Shown here: positions 18,875-26,507 of the stretch, in pieces | How the letters are laid out: each line of letters opens with the position of its first letter | Position numbering within the stretch: the stretch's first letter is position 1 | Assembly (NCBI GenBank): GCA_964585475.1 | Contig: CAZPDF010000002.1 | Location: 1,631 to 65,630 of the forward strand | Reading direction: 5' to 3' | Length of the DNA: 64,000 nt | Origin: an uncultured Candidatus Saccharibacteria bacterium | GTDB lineage: Bacteria; Patescibacteriota; Minisyncoccia; Sungbacterales; HO2-52-23 | Made by a program: the position numbers and the translations under genes | Notes under the pieces: generated by a model | Seen by the model: only the letters and a program-made list of their open reading frames with translations | Told to the model about the DNA's origin: nothing | Databases searched by the model: none

Positions 18875-19201
18875 ATGTCCAAGGCAACCGTAGTGAAAAT
18901 CGGCCATTTCCCGCTCAATTTAGGTGCGGAAAACTCGGAGGCGTTATTTAACGCAATAATTAAGGAGGTTATGGGCCCCCGAGCAAGGGAGTTTGGTCTA
19001 GAGGACTTTGAATACAACGGGGCCGACCATATTGGAGAGATCCAATTTTCCAACGGAGAGGTCTGTCGTGTGCGGCTGATCTTTACCCCGACGCTTAATA
19101 ACGGCGTGACCTTGTGGATCTTTGGAGAGACGAATGTGCTTGGTGATCTTCTGTCCGAGGGATCCGTATTTCTTATAACAACGGCATTCCAACGTCATTA
19201 G
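18875..19201 (+). CDS. Hypothetical protein
   Basis: ATG after GGGGAG; TG-TATACT extended -10 upstream. Confidence 0.6.
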   Translation: MSKATVVKIGHFPLNLGAENSEALFNAIIKEVMGPRAREFGLEDFEYNGADHIGEIQFSNGEVCRVRLIFTPTLNNGVTLWIFGETNVLGDLLSEGSVFLITTAFQRH

Positions 19202-19289
19202 AAGGAGGCGGCAGCACTTCTCCGGTAGCAGAACTTTGGCTGGCCCTTGGCCGGCTTTTTCTTTGCCGAAATTCACTACCGGGCTAGCT

Positions 19290-19510
19290 TTTTATTTATT
19301 TGTCTAAATTTTGGATCTCGCTGAAAGCGGGAGAGCAAAATTTAGTAACAAATAAATAACCCCGCATCAATTTTGCCTATGTCTTGCCACGCGGCGTGCG
19401 CGGGCCGAATAGGCCCCTTCCTTAATGGGCGAAGCGCGCCGCCATCAATTCCAGAAATGGGCCGATATTATCCAGGCAAACTTATAACAGTTGCAAAATT
19501 GGTGCTGGGG
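19290..19510. mobile_element. Composite hairpin plus CCCCGCA-type MITE (19360-19510)
   Basis: TTATTTGTCTAAATTTTG..CAAAATTTAGTAACAAATAA then CCCCGCATCAATTTTGC..GCAAAATTGGTGCTGGGG. Confidence 0.75.
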
Positions 19511-19545
19511 TTTCCAGCATTCAAAATTTATGTTAAAGTTGCTTC

Positions 19546-20370
19546 ATGATTCTTCTTGACGGGAAAAAACTTTCGCAAAAGATTTTGGAAGAATTAAGGG
19601 GCAGAATCTCCGTAACCAAGAAGAAGCTGCGTTTGGCAATAGTGGTGGTGGGGGAGGACCCGGTTGTGAAAAAGTTCATTGAACAGAAAAAAAAGACCGC
19701 CGAAGTAATCGGCGTGGATGTCCGCATTTATCCTTTTGAGGCGAGTATCACCACGAATGAATTGCGCAAGTGTCTGGCCGAGATTGTGCATGAAGAAAAA
19801 AATACTGGAGTAATCGTTCAACTGCCTCTGCCCGAGCATATAAACACCCAATATATTTTAAATTCAGTAACGCCGGAAAAGGATATTGATGTGTTGTCGG
19901 CTCGCGCGATCGGCAATTTTGCTACGGGGAAGGGCGAGATATATCCTCCGGTAGCGGGTACCGTAAGCGCCATTTTTGAGGAATACAAAATAGATTATCG
20001 AAACAAGTATATAGTTATGGTTGGCGCTGGAAATTTAGTGGGTAAGCCTTTGGCTCTATGGCTTCTTAACGAAAAAATTACTTTTAGCGTTGTAAGATCC
20101 AGTACCGCAAATCCCCGTGAGTTTCTCGATAAAGCCGATATTATAATCTCGGGCATCGGGAAACCCAAATTTATTACCGGCGATATGGTAAAAGACGGAG
20201 TTGTAGTCATTGATGCAGGCACTTCGGAATCCGAAGGGAGAATCGCGGGCGATGTGGATTTTGATTCAGTTTCCCGGAAAGCCGCCTATATCACTCCGGT
20301 TCCGGGAGGAGTCGGGCCAGTAACCGTTGCGATGCTTTTTAAGAACCTCATTGCGCTCGCAAAATTATGA
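19546..20370 (+). CDS. folD: Methylenetetrahydrofolate dehydrogenase/cyclohydrolase
   Basis: LDGK, VQLPLP, KDID, VGKP, GDVDF, TPVPGGVGPVT. Confidence 0.96.
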   Translation: MILLDGKKLSQKILEELRGRISVTKKKLRLAIVVVGEDPVVKKFIEQKKKTAEVIGVDVRIYPFEASITTNELRKCLAEIVHEEKNTGVIVQLPLPEHINTQYILNSVTPEKDIDVLSARAIGNFATGKGEIYPPVAGTVSAIFEEYKIDYRNKYIVMVGAGNLVGKPLALWLLNEKITFSVVRSSTANPREFLDKADIIISGIGKPKFITGDMVKDGVVVIDAGTSESEGRIAGDVDFDSVSRKAAYITPVPGGVGPVTVAMLFKNLIALAKL

Positions 20371-20960
20371 TACAACAAATAGATCTTGTGGTGTTTCAAT
20401 GGTTAAATTCCTGGGCCTTTTGGGGCGCATGGACAGACGCCTTGATCGTGTTTCGTGCCGTATTTCTCGGATACTGGATTGTTCTGGGGATTCTTGCTTT
20501 CGGGTTTTTAACCATTCCGCCTCTGTCCGTTGTTTTTCCGAGTTTCCGTATTCTCCGGCGGAAAAATTGGGAGATGGCGGGAGTCGCGTTAATGTCGGCG
20601 CTGTTTGCTCGGTTCGGCGCGGTCGAGCTCGTGCGAATGTTTTATGATCGGGCGAGGCCGTTCGAGGTTTTATCGGATGTAAACCAGCTGATTTTTCGTG
20701 ACGGCGGCGGATCATTTCCGTCGGGGCATGCCGCGTTTTATTTCGCCATTGCCGCAGTCGTCTCGCGCTATTACCCAAAAGCAAGTGTTTTGTTCTTTTT
20801 GGCGGCCCTCAATCTTTCTGCGGCTCGGGTGCAAGCTGGCATTCATTGGCCGAGCGATATTTTGGCAGGAGCAATGGTGGGTATAATAACGGCTTGGCTC
20901 GCGGTATTTATTCTACGGAAGTTAGAACCTATCTCAAAAATACCTCCGCCCGCGATATGA
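20367..20960 (+). CDS. PAP2-family (undecaprenyl-PP) phosphatase; C-terminus supplied by a MITE
   Basis: RARP, SFPSGH, ARVQAGIHWPSD. Confidence 0.9.
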   Translation: MIQQIDLVVFQWLNSWAFWGAWTDALIVFRAVFLGYWIVLGILAFGFLTIPPLSVVFPSFRILRRKNWEMAGVALMSALFARFGAVELVRMFYDRARPFEVLSDVNQLIFRDGGGSFPSGHAAFYFAIAAVVSRYYPKASVLFFLAALNLSAARVQAGIHWPSDILAGAMVGIITAWLAVFILRKLEPISKIPPPAI

Positions 20961-21198
20961 GCCAATTTCCGCAAGACCCAGGAGCGACGACGATGGTGTA
21001 CCTTGACGGTACTCCGAGGAGGAGCGACGCAGGTATTGCGGAAATTGGCCATATCCCGAAGGGTTGCGGCTGTTTTGCGTCCCGGCGTCGTTGCTCCTCC
21101 TTGACGTATCACAGAGGATACGCCTTCGTCGTCGCGCCTCGCCGGGGCGCAAAACCGCTCGCAACGCGGACTGGAGGTATTTTTGAGATGGGTTCTAA
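20922..21198. mobile_element. Non-autonomous element with 26-bp TIR (IS5-like ends)
   Basis: TTAGAACCTATCTCAAAAATACCTCC / GGAGGTATTTTTGAGATGGGTTCTAA, one mismatch; no transposase. Confidence 0.8.
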
Positions 21199-21225
21199 AA
21201 AAAGCGGACTATGCCGCTCTAAAAT

Positions 21226-21519
21226 CTAACCTCTTTCGCCAATAAACACCAGCGTAAAGCAAAGTAATACTACTCCTACCGTCACGGCAGCAAATACGCC
21301 GAATACAAATAGATAGCTTATTACTTGGACGAGTGTGGTATCCGGAGCCGGTCCACCTCCTTTAATGAAATACCAACCGACGGCCGGCCCGTAAAGAATT
21401 GCCGAGATCCCGCATGCTGCCAGGGTGTACCAGTTAAAAAGCGGTTTCTTCCAGGATTTCACCGTCTTCGCTCCATCAGGAACTGATTTTAGTATAGTCG
21501 ATTTTTTGAATAATTGCAA
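21226..21519 (-). CDS. Small membrane protein
   Basis: Two hydrophobic segments; start uncertain. Confidence 0.5.
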   Translation of the reverse strand: MQLFKKSTILKSVPDGAKTVKSWKKPLFNWYTLAACGISAILYGPAVGWYFIKGGGPAPDTTLVQVISYLFVFGVFAAVTVGVVLLCFTLVFIGERG

Positions 21520-21552
21520 GTGAAAAAGCGACTCATGAAGAGTCGCATTATG

Positions 21553-21879
21553 TTAGGTCGAGAAAGAAGTTCCGCATCCGCAGGAGGATCCGGCGTTGGG
21601 GTTAAGAAAAGTAAATCCTCCGGTAAGTCCCTGTGTCACATAGTCAAGCGTCGTGCCGTTAAGATACAGGTAGCTTTTGGCATCAATTGCGACCTTGAGT
21701 CCTTCGATTTCAAAGATTTTGTCTCCTGTAGCGGTTTCGTGATCAAACTCAAGCGAATAGGAGAGTCCGGAGCATCCGCCGCCCTTTACTCCCATGCGAA
21801 GAAAGACATTACCCAGATTCTGTTCGTCTATGAGCCGTTTTATCTCATGGGTTGCCGGAATAGTAAGATAGACCGGCAT
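21553..21879 (-). CDS. iscA: A-type Fe-S carrier (IscA/ErpA/HesB family)
   Basis: GGGCSGLSY, LDY, F.NPNA..SCGCGTSF. Confidence 0.93.
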   Translation of the reverse strand: MPVYLTIPATHEIKRLIDEQNLGNVFLRMGVKGGGCSGLSYSLEFDHETATGDKIFEIEGLKVAIDAKSYLYLNGTTLDYVTQGLTGGFTFLNPNAGSSCGCGTSFST

Positions 21880-21881
21880 TT

Positions 21882-22097
21882 TTAGGTGCCCCCATTTTTA
21901 TAGATTCGTCCTCTGCCGCCGCATTTATTGCACATAGAGTCGCCAAGGTATGTACGTATATATCCTTCACCCCCGCATGCTAGGCATGGTTTGCCCCTAA
22001 GATATTCGCCGTAACTTCCCGCAAGAAGAAGCGCCGAAAATATTACGAGCAGTGCCACCACAGTTATTATTGTCGAAGAGCTGTCGCCAGCTTCCAT
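21882..22097 (-). CDS. Small TM protein with DnaJ-type zinc finger
   Basis: TM helix then CLACGGEG...CNKCGGRG. Confidence 0.7.
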   Translation of the reverse strand: MEAGDSSSTIITVVALLVIFSALLLAGSYGEYLRGKPCLACGGEGYIRTYLGDSMCNKCGGRGRIYKNGGT

Positions 22098-22264
22098 GTT
22101 CCACCCCGTTATCTATTCCATTCCCACCATATCACTGTTTGTGGATACAGAAAAGCCGGTAGCAAGTCCGGGGTTCTATATGGGTGAGAAGGGAGTTGCT
22201 GCCCAAATAAATTTGGGCGAGCCTCGCCCCGATTAAAATCGGGGCGGGAACCCGCCCGTTCAGA

Positions 22265-22348
22265 TGCCGCGGGAGAGAGTTGAACTCTCACGGGGTTGCC
22301 CCCAATGGATTTTGAGTCCATCGCGTCTGCCAATTTCGCCACCGCGGC
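22265..22348 (-). tRNA. tRNA-Leu(CAA); CCA not encoded
   Basis: GCCGCGG acceptor stem, D-loop TGGC, anticodon arm ATGGA-CTCAAAA-TCCAT, long variable arm, GTTCAAC T-loop. Confidence 0.95.
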
Positions 22349-22424
22349 ACACCGCTATTTTATTATAAAAACGCCCGTTTTTCAATGGTTGAAAATAAAA
22401 GTTCATTGGTTTAAAGTTCAAGTG

Positions 22425-23201
22425 ATGGCCCGCATAATTTCTCTTTGCAACCAAAAAGGTGGAGTTGGGAAGAGTACTACCAGCATTAACCTTAGTGTGT
22501 TTTTAGCCGCTCTTGGGAAGCGAGTGCTTTTGGTGGATGTAGATCCGCAGGCCAATACCACTTCCGGCATGGGGCTTAACCCGCGCAAGCTTGAGAAAAG
22601 CATCTACCATGCGCTTATCGGAAAGGCCAAGCCGCAGGACGTGATTAAAAGGACGCAAATCCTCGCGGTTGATATTTTGCCTTCGTCCCCGGCGCTTGCC
22701 GGTGCGGCCATTGAGCTGGTTGACATGCGGAATAGAGAATATAAACTAAAGGAGGTTTTAGAAGAGGTACGGCGGAAGTACGACTTCATTATTATAGATT
22801 CTCCCCCGAGTTTGGGCCTGCTTACGATAAATGCGCTTACCGCGGCCGGAAAGGTAATAATTCCGGCTCAATGCGAATATTATGCTTTGGAGGGGTTGGC
22901 CGATCTGCTTCAGACCATCCAGCTTGTAAATACTAATCTCAAGACCCGAACGGGAATACTCGGGGCGTTACTCACGATGTATGATCGAAAATCCCGGCTT
23001 CACCGGGCGGTCGCGAAGGAGATTCGCAGGAAGTTTCCGGGTTACGTCTTTGATGCGGTGATTCCGCGGAACGTAAGCTTGGCCGAAGCGCCATCATTCG
23101 GAAAAACCATTTTGCAGTATGACCCTTATTCTCACGGGGCAAAAGCATACAGACAACTCGCAGAAGAGATTTTGAAGCTGGAAGGTATCAGAAAAGTCTA
23201 A
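22425..23201 (+). CDS. parA: ParA/Soj chromosome partitioning ATPase
   Basis: NQKGGVGKST, DVDPQAN, DSPPSLG, QCEYYALEG, LAEAPSFG. Confidence 0.96.
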   Translation: MARIISLCNQKGGVGKSTTSINLSVFLAALGKRVLLVDVDPQANTTSGMGLNPRKLEKSIYHALIGKAKPQDVIKRTQILAVDILPSSPALAGAAIELVDMRNREYKLKEVLEEVRRKYDFIIIDSPPSLGLLTINALTAAGKVIIPAQCEYYALEGLADLLQTIQLVNTNLKTRTGILGALLTMYDRKSRLHRAVAKEIRRKFPGYVFDAVIPRNVSLAEAPSFGKTILQYDPYSHGAKAYRQLAEEILKLEGIRKV

Positions 23202-23266
23202 TCACTAATCTAACTCGAATTTCTTCGCGAATATTCGCGAATCAAATTAGGGGTTGATTCGAGAAA

Positions 23267-24277
23267 ATGACAGATCCATTAGGTAGGGGCCTCGAATCCT
23301 TAATACCCAACAAAGAGCCGGACGAAGTTCCGGGGGTTTTGAATACGGAGCCGCAGGATCCGCCCTCTCCTTTAGCAGAAAAACCCCGGCCGTCTCTTGT
23401 CAATCTTGGCTCTCCGGCCGCGCGCACTTACGAGGATCATTTTACTCCTCGCAGGAGCGATTCTGTTTTTTGGATAGAAATTGAAAAAATCGAGCCGAAT
23501 CCTTACCAGCCGCGCCGCGAATTTAATGAGGAGGCATTAAAAGGGCTTGCGCATTCCATCCGCGAACACGGAGTGCTCCAGCCGATACTTGTTACCAAGC
23601 GCGAGATAGAAACTCCGACCGGCCTGGATGTCCGGTATCAATTGATTGCCGGAGAAAGACGGTGGCGCGCGGCAGGCCTGGCCGGCCTCTCCCAAATTCC
23701 TGCGGTAATCAGGCGCGGCATTCCGGATGACCGGATACGGCTTGAGCTCGCCTTAATTGAGAATGTACAGCGCGAGGATTTAAACCCGATGGAAAAAGCC
23801 CGGGCATTCAAGCAATTGATTGACGAGTTTCATCTGGTACAGCGCGAGATTGCCGAGCGCATCGGAAAATCGCGTGAGATGATTGCCAATACCCTCCGTC
23901 TTTTATCACTTTCGCCGGACATCCAGCAAGCGCTCCACGAGGGGCGCATAACCGAAGGACACGCGCGGGCGGTTTTGATGGCCGGTGACGATCCGCAAAA
24001 ACAGACGCTAGTTTTTAATGCCGTGGTAATGGATCGCCTGAATGTTCGAGAGGCGGAAAACCGCGCGCGGCAAGTTTCCGGAAAAATTTTTGTTCCGCGA
24101 AAACGTCCTGCGCAAGTCCATGATCCGGAGACGCGTTCTTGGCAGACAAAACTCGAGGAGCTATTAGGAACTAAAGTCCGAGTGGAGAAATTGGGCGAGC
24201 GCGGAAAAATTGTCGTTGAATTTTATTCGGATGAGGAATTAAGAGGTATACTTGACAAATTAATAAGGGAGGTATAG
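23267..24277 (+). CDS. parB: ParB/Spo0J
   Basis: LGRGL, NPYQPR, GVLQP, IAGERRWRAA, ENVQREDL, EGHARA. Confidence 0.96.
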   Translation: MTDPLGRGLESLIPNKEPDEVPGVLNTEPQDPPSPLAEKPRPSLVNLGSPAARTYEDHFTPRRSDSVFWIEIEKIEPNPYQPRREFNEEALKGLAHSIREHGVLQPILVTKREIETPTGLDVRYQLIAGERRWRAAGLAGLSQIPAVIRRGIPDDRIRLELALIENVQREDLNPMEKARAFKQLIDEFHLVQREIAERIGKSREMIANTLRLLSLSPDIQQALHEGRITEGHARAVLMAGDDPQKQTLVFNAVVMDRLNVREAENRARQVSGKIFVPRKRPAQVHDPETRSWQTKLEELLGTKVRVEKLGERGKIVVEFYSDEELRGILDKLIREV

Positions 24278-24307
24278 TGTAGATGAAGATCGTTTGAGGA
24301 GGACGAG

Positions 24308-24637
24308 GTGCACCAGACTATAGATCGGGCCGATGCAATTAGTCGTATCGCTGAAGAATTGCGCTTTGCGTCATTTGTCACTTGGCAGGCCACCATGGAT
24401 GGGCGGCAGCGATACGGAGTCATTACAGATAGATCCCCGGTGGATATCAAAGTACACTCAGGGGATGGTCCGATCCGGATCACATTTTCTGAGGCACTTT
24501 CTTGGGGGTTGAGGTCCATAACTCCAGACAACCTTGTGCAGACCGCAGATCTCCTTAGTCTCCGCGCCCATTACTGTGATAAGGACCATGTACCGCTCTT
24601 TGACTGCATCAGAAGGGTATTTCTAAGAACTGAATAA
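24308..24637 (+). CDS. Hypothetical cassette gene
   Basis: GAGGAGG SD; promoter TTGACA(24252)-17-TAGTGT within the parB tail; terminator CGGCCCC..GGGCC at ~24669. Confidence 0.65.
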   Translation: MHQTIDRADAISRIAEELRFASFVTWQATMDGRQRYGVITDRSPVDIKVHSGDGPIRITFSEALSWGLRSITPDNLVQTADLLSLRAHYCDKDHVPLFDCIRRVFLRTE

Positions 24638-24691
24638 ATGTCGTTGACCAAAATATAAAGTTGATAATCGGCCCCCCGCGGGCCATTTTTT

Positions 24692-24724
24692 GTTCTTGAC
24701 AAGTTGATCCGAGAGACCTAAAGT
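24692..24724 (+). promoter_or_regulatory. parB tail copy 2 (VLDKLIRET*) forming a TTGACA-17-TAAAGT promoter
   Basis: gtt ctt gac aag ttg atc cga gag acc taa versus native ILDKLIREV*. Confidence 0.8.
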
Positions 24725-24757
24725 TGACTCAGTTCATCATTCGGGGGAAGTTAATAA

Positions 24758-25024
24758 ATGGAACGCGAGATTATTAAATTTCGGATACCGGAAGCAAATG
24801 CGGATAGATTTTTCTTTGGCGCCGTTATGGAGAAGAACTTAGATTGTGTAGAAATTTGTCTGGGTAGCCCGGAAAATATTTTTCCCATGAATCCCCATTT
24901 CTTTGCCAGCCAGGGTGTAGAGCAAATGAGTGTGCATGACGTAGTTAAGGAGTTGAATAGATTGGAAGAGGCGAACACGGCTTTACGCGATAAACTCAAT
25001 AGAACTCAGGAATTGAGTCATTAG
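24758..25024 (+). CDS. Hypothetical cassette gene with coiled-coil C-terminus
   Basis: GGGGAAG SD; own promoter; CGGCCCCCTCGGGCCG terminator. Confidence 0.65.
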   Translation: MEREIIKFRIPEANADRFFFGAVMEKNLDCVEICLGSPENIFPMNPHFFASQGVEQMSVHDVVKELNRLEEANTALRDKLNRTQELSH

Positions 25025-25090
25025 AAACGGCCCCCTCGGGCCGTATTTATTTTTTGACATTTAGTTGCAGTAGGTATAAACTGCAAGTGT

Positions 25091-25324
25091 ATGAATGTCG
25101 TCACTATTCCCAAAAAACTTGCGCAAAGAGACGATTTGGTTGTCATACCTCGGGGAGAGTATGAGGACCTTTTGGAGTTAAAGAAAATAATCCCCATGGT
25201 TAAAGCTACCAAGGCCGAACTGCGGGCTATCCGGCGGGGCGAACGTGAAATTGCGAGAGGGGAATATGTAACTTGGCGCGAATTAAAATATGATTTGGCG
25301 TGTACTCGTAACCGGAAGCGCTAA
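25091..25324 (+). CDS. Putative type II antitoxin
   Basis: DLVVIPRGEYE..AIRRGEREIARGEYVTW; overlaps a RelE-like gene; similar to 50704-50979. Confidence 0.7.
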   Translation: MNVVTIPKKLAQRDDLVVIPRGEYEDLLELKKIIPMVKATKAELRAIRRGEREIARGEYVTWRELKYDLACTRNRKR

Positions 25325-25546
25325 AAACAACTAAAGCGTATACCGAAAGGGGGTGCAGAACGAATTGAGGCGGTAATTGACGAGATGGAGGATAATCCTT
25401 TGCGCGGCGATATCGTAAAGCTTGGCGGCGAAGGCGATAGGTGGCGGAGACGCATTGGCGGTTACCGAATTCTCTATCGGCTTTCTTACAACGAGAGGGC
25501 AATTTTTATTTATGATATCAGCAGACGAACTAGCAGCACTTATTAA
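25290..25546 (+). pseudogene. RelE/ParE-family toxin with a frameshift in an A-run
   Basis: MIWRVLVTGSAK | KQLKRIP...GDIVKLGG..WRRRIGGYRILY; one A missing at 25323-25327. Confidence 0.8.
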
Positions 25547-25558
25547 AAAGTTCCCCCG

Positions 25559-25745
25559 GAGAAACTCGGCACCAAAGTTATGGTGCAAAAAATAGGGGAG
25601 AGAGGGAAAATTGTGGTGGAATTTTACCCCCACACCTATTAAACGCAATTGAAATTGGTGCGAAGCACAGCGTTTAATAGGTGTGGGGGTTTATTCGGAC
25701 GAGGAGTTAAGAGGGATTCTTGATAAACTTATTCGAGAGGTATAG
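25559..25745 (+). pseudogene. parB tail copy 3 (~39 codons), split by a 63-bp MITE (25627-25689, TSD TTTA)
   Basis: GERGKIVVEFYSDEELRGILDKLIREV* is 27/27 aa identical to native with 13 synonymous codon changes. Confidence 0.92.
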
Positions 25746-25914
25746 GGGGATACTTGACCCCGCCTTTGAAAAGGACTGCCTGAGGGCAGATACCTATTTT
25801 GGCAGTTAGAGCCTGATCAATCACGTCAGGGTCTTTTTATTAAACCCACTTAACTTTTTAGAATCTGTCCTTTTCAAGGGCGGGGTTGACAAGTGGATAA
25901 GGGAGGGTTAAGAC
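25744..25914 (+). pseudogene. parB tail copy 4 (RGILDKWIREG*), split by a 128-bp MITE (25758-25885, TSD TTGA)
   Basis: agg ggg ata ctt ga[MITE]c aag tgg ata agg gag ggt taa; TTGACA-17-TAAGAC. Confidence 0.8.
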
Positions 25915-25943
25915 TGATTCGGTTCTTGATATAGGAGTGGTGC

Positions 25944-26288
25944 ATGACAACCATTGCATCTTCCAGCATTTTGCGCGATCTCGCAGATGGGAGTTCTATT
26001 CCTGCTGGCCCCCTCGTGTTATTTACCTCTCCGGAAGATGGAAAAAAGCGAATCGGCTGGATTCAGGAGGTCGATTATGATCGAAAATATATTCTTGTCG
26101 CGCAGGAGCAAGAATATACCCGTATCACATTTGCAGATTTTCGAAGGCTTCAAGTGCAACTAGTCGATATTGACCATAAGTCACCGGCAGCCTACATCGT
26201 TATGCGGTATAAAGAAGCGATGGAGGAGTTGCGAAGAACGCGACAGGAACTTTTCGAATTACTTCACTTTAATGGAATTACTATTTAG
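25944..26288 (+). CDS. Hypothetical cassette gene
   Basis: AGGAG SD; CGGCCCCCCCGCGGGCC-T7 terminator. Confidence 0.65.
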   Translation: MTTIASSSILRDLADGSSIPAGPLVLFTSPEDGKKRIGWIQEVDYDRKYILVAQEQEYTRITFADFRRLQVQLVDIDHKSPAAYIVMRYKEAMEELRRTRQELFELLHFNGITI

Positions 26289-26507
26289 TCGCCATCGGCC
26301 CCCCCGCGGGCCTTTTTTTATTTCACCCCTTTGGTTTGGTAAACTGCTGATTATGCGAATCCGCGTGTCGTTTGAGGGCCTTGCGAGGCGGAGCGGCCAT
26401 GGTTTTCCGCCGGAGGCGGAAAGAGCGACGCCGAGCACGGGAGGTGAGGACGCCTCGGCGGGGCGTCCGACAGCCGTACCGAAAACGACATGTGGATGAG
26501 CGATCTT

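Noticed and set aside
20846-21229. ORFs within the 277-bp TIR element as a transposase
   Set aside because: Too short, no DDE motif, and consistent with translation of GC-rich hairpin DNA.
23224-23241. TTCGCGAATATTCGCGAA palindrome between parA and parB as parS
   Set aside because: It does not match TGTTTCACGTGAAACA, and the same TATTCGCGAA unit occurs in the repeat tract before ftsZ.
24170-25914. Classical prophage or integrative element with attL/attR
   Set aside because: No integrase or phage genes; copies are diverged rather than identical cores and occur at several different genes.
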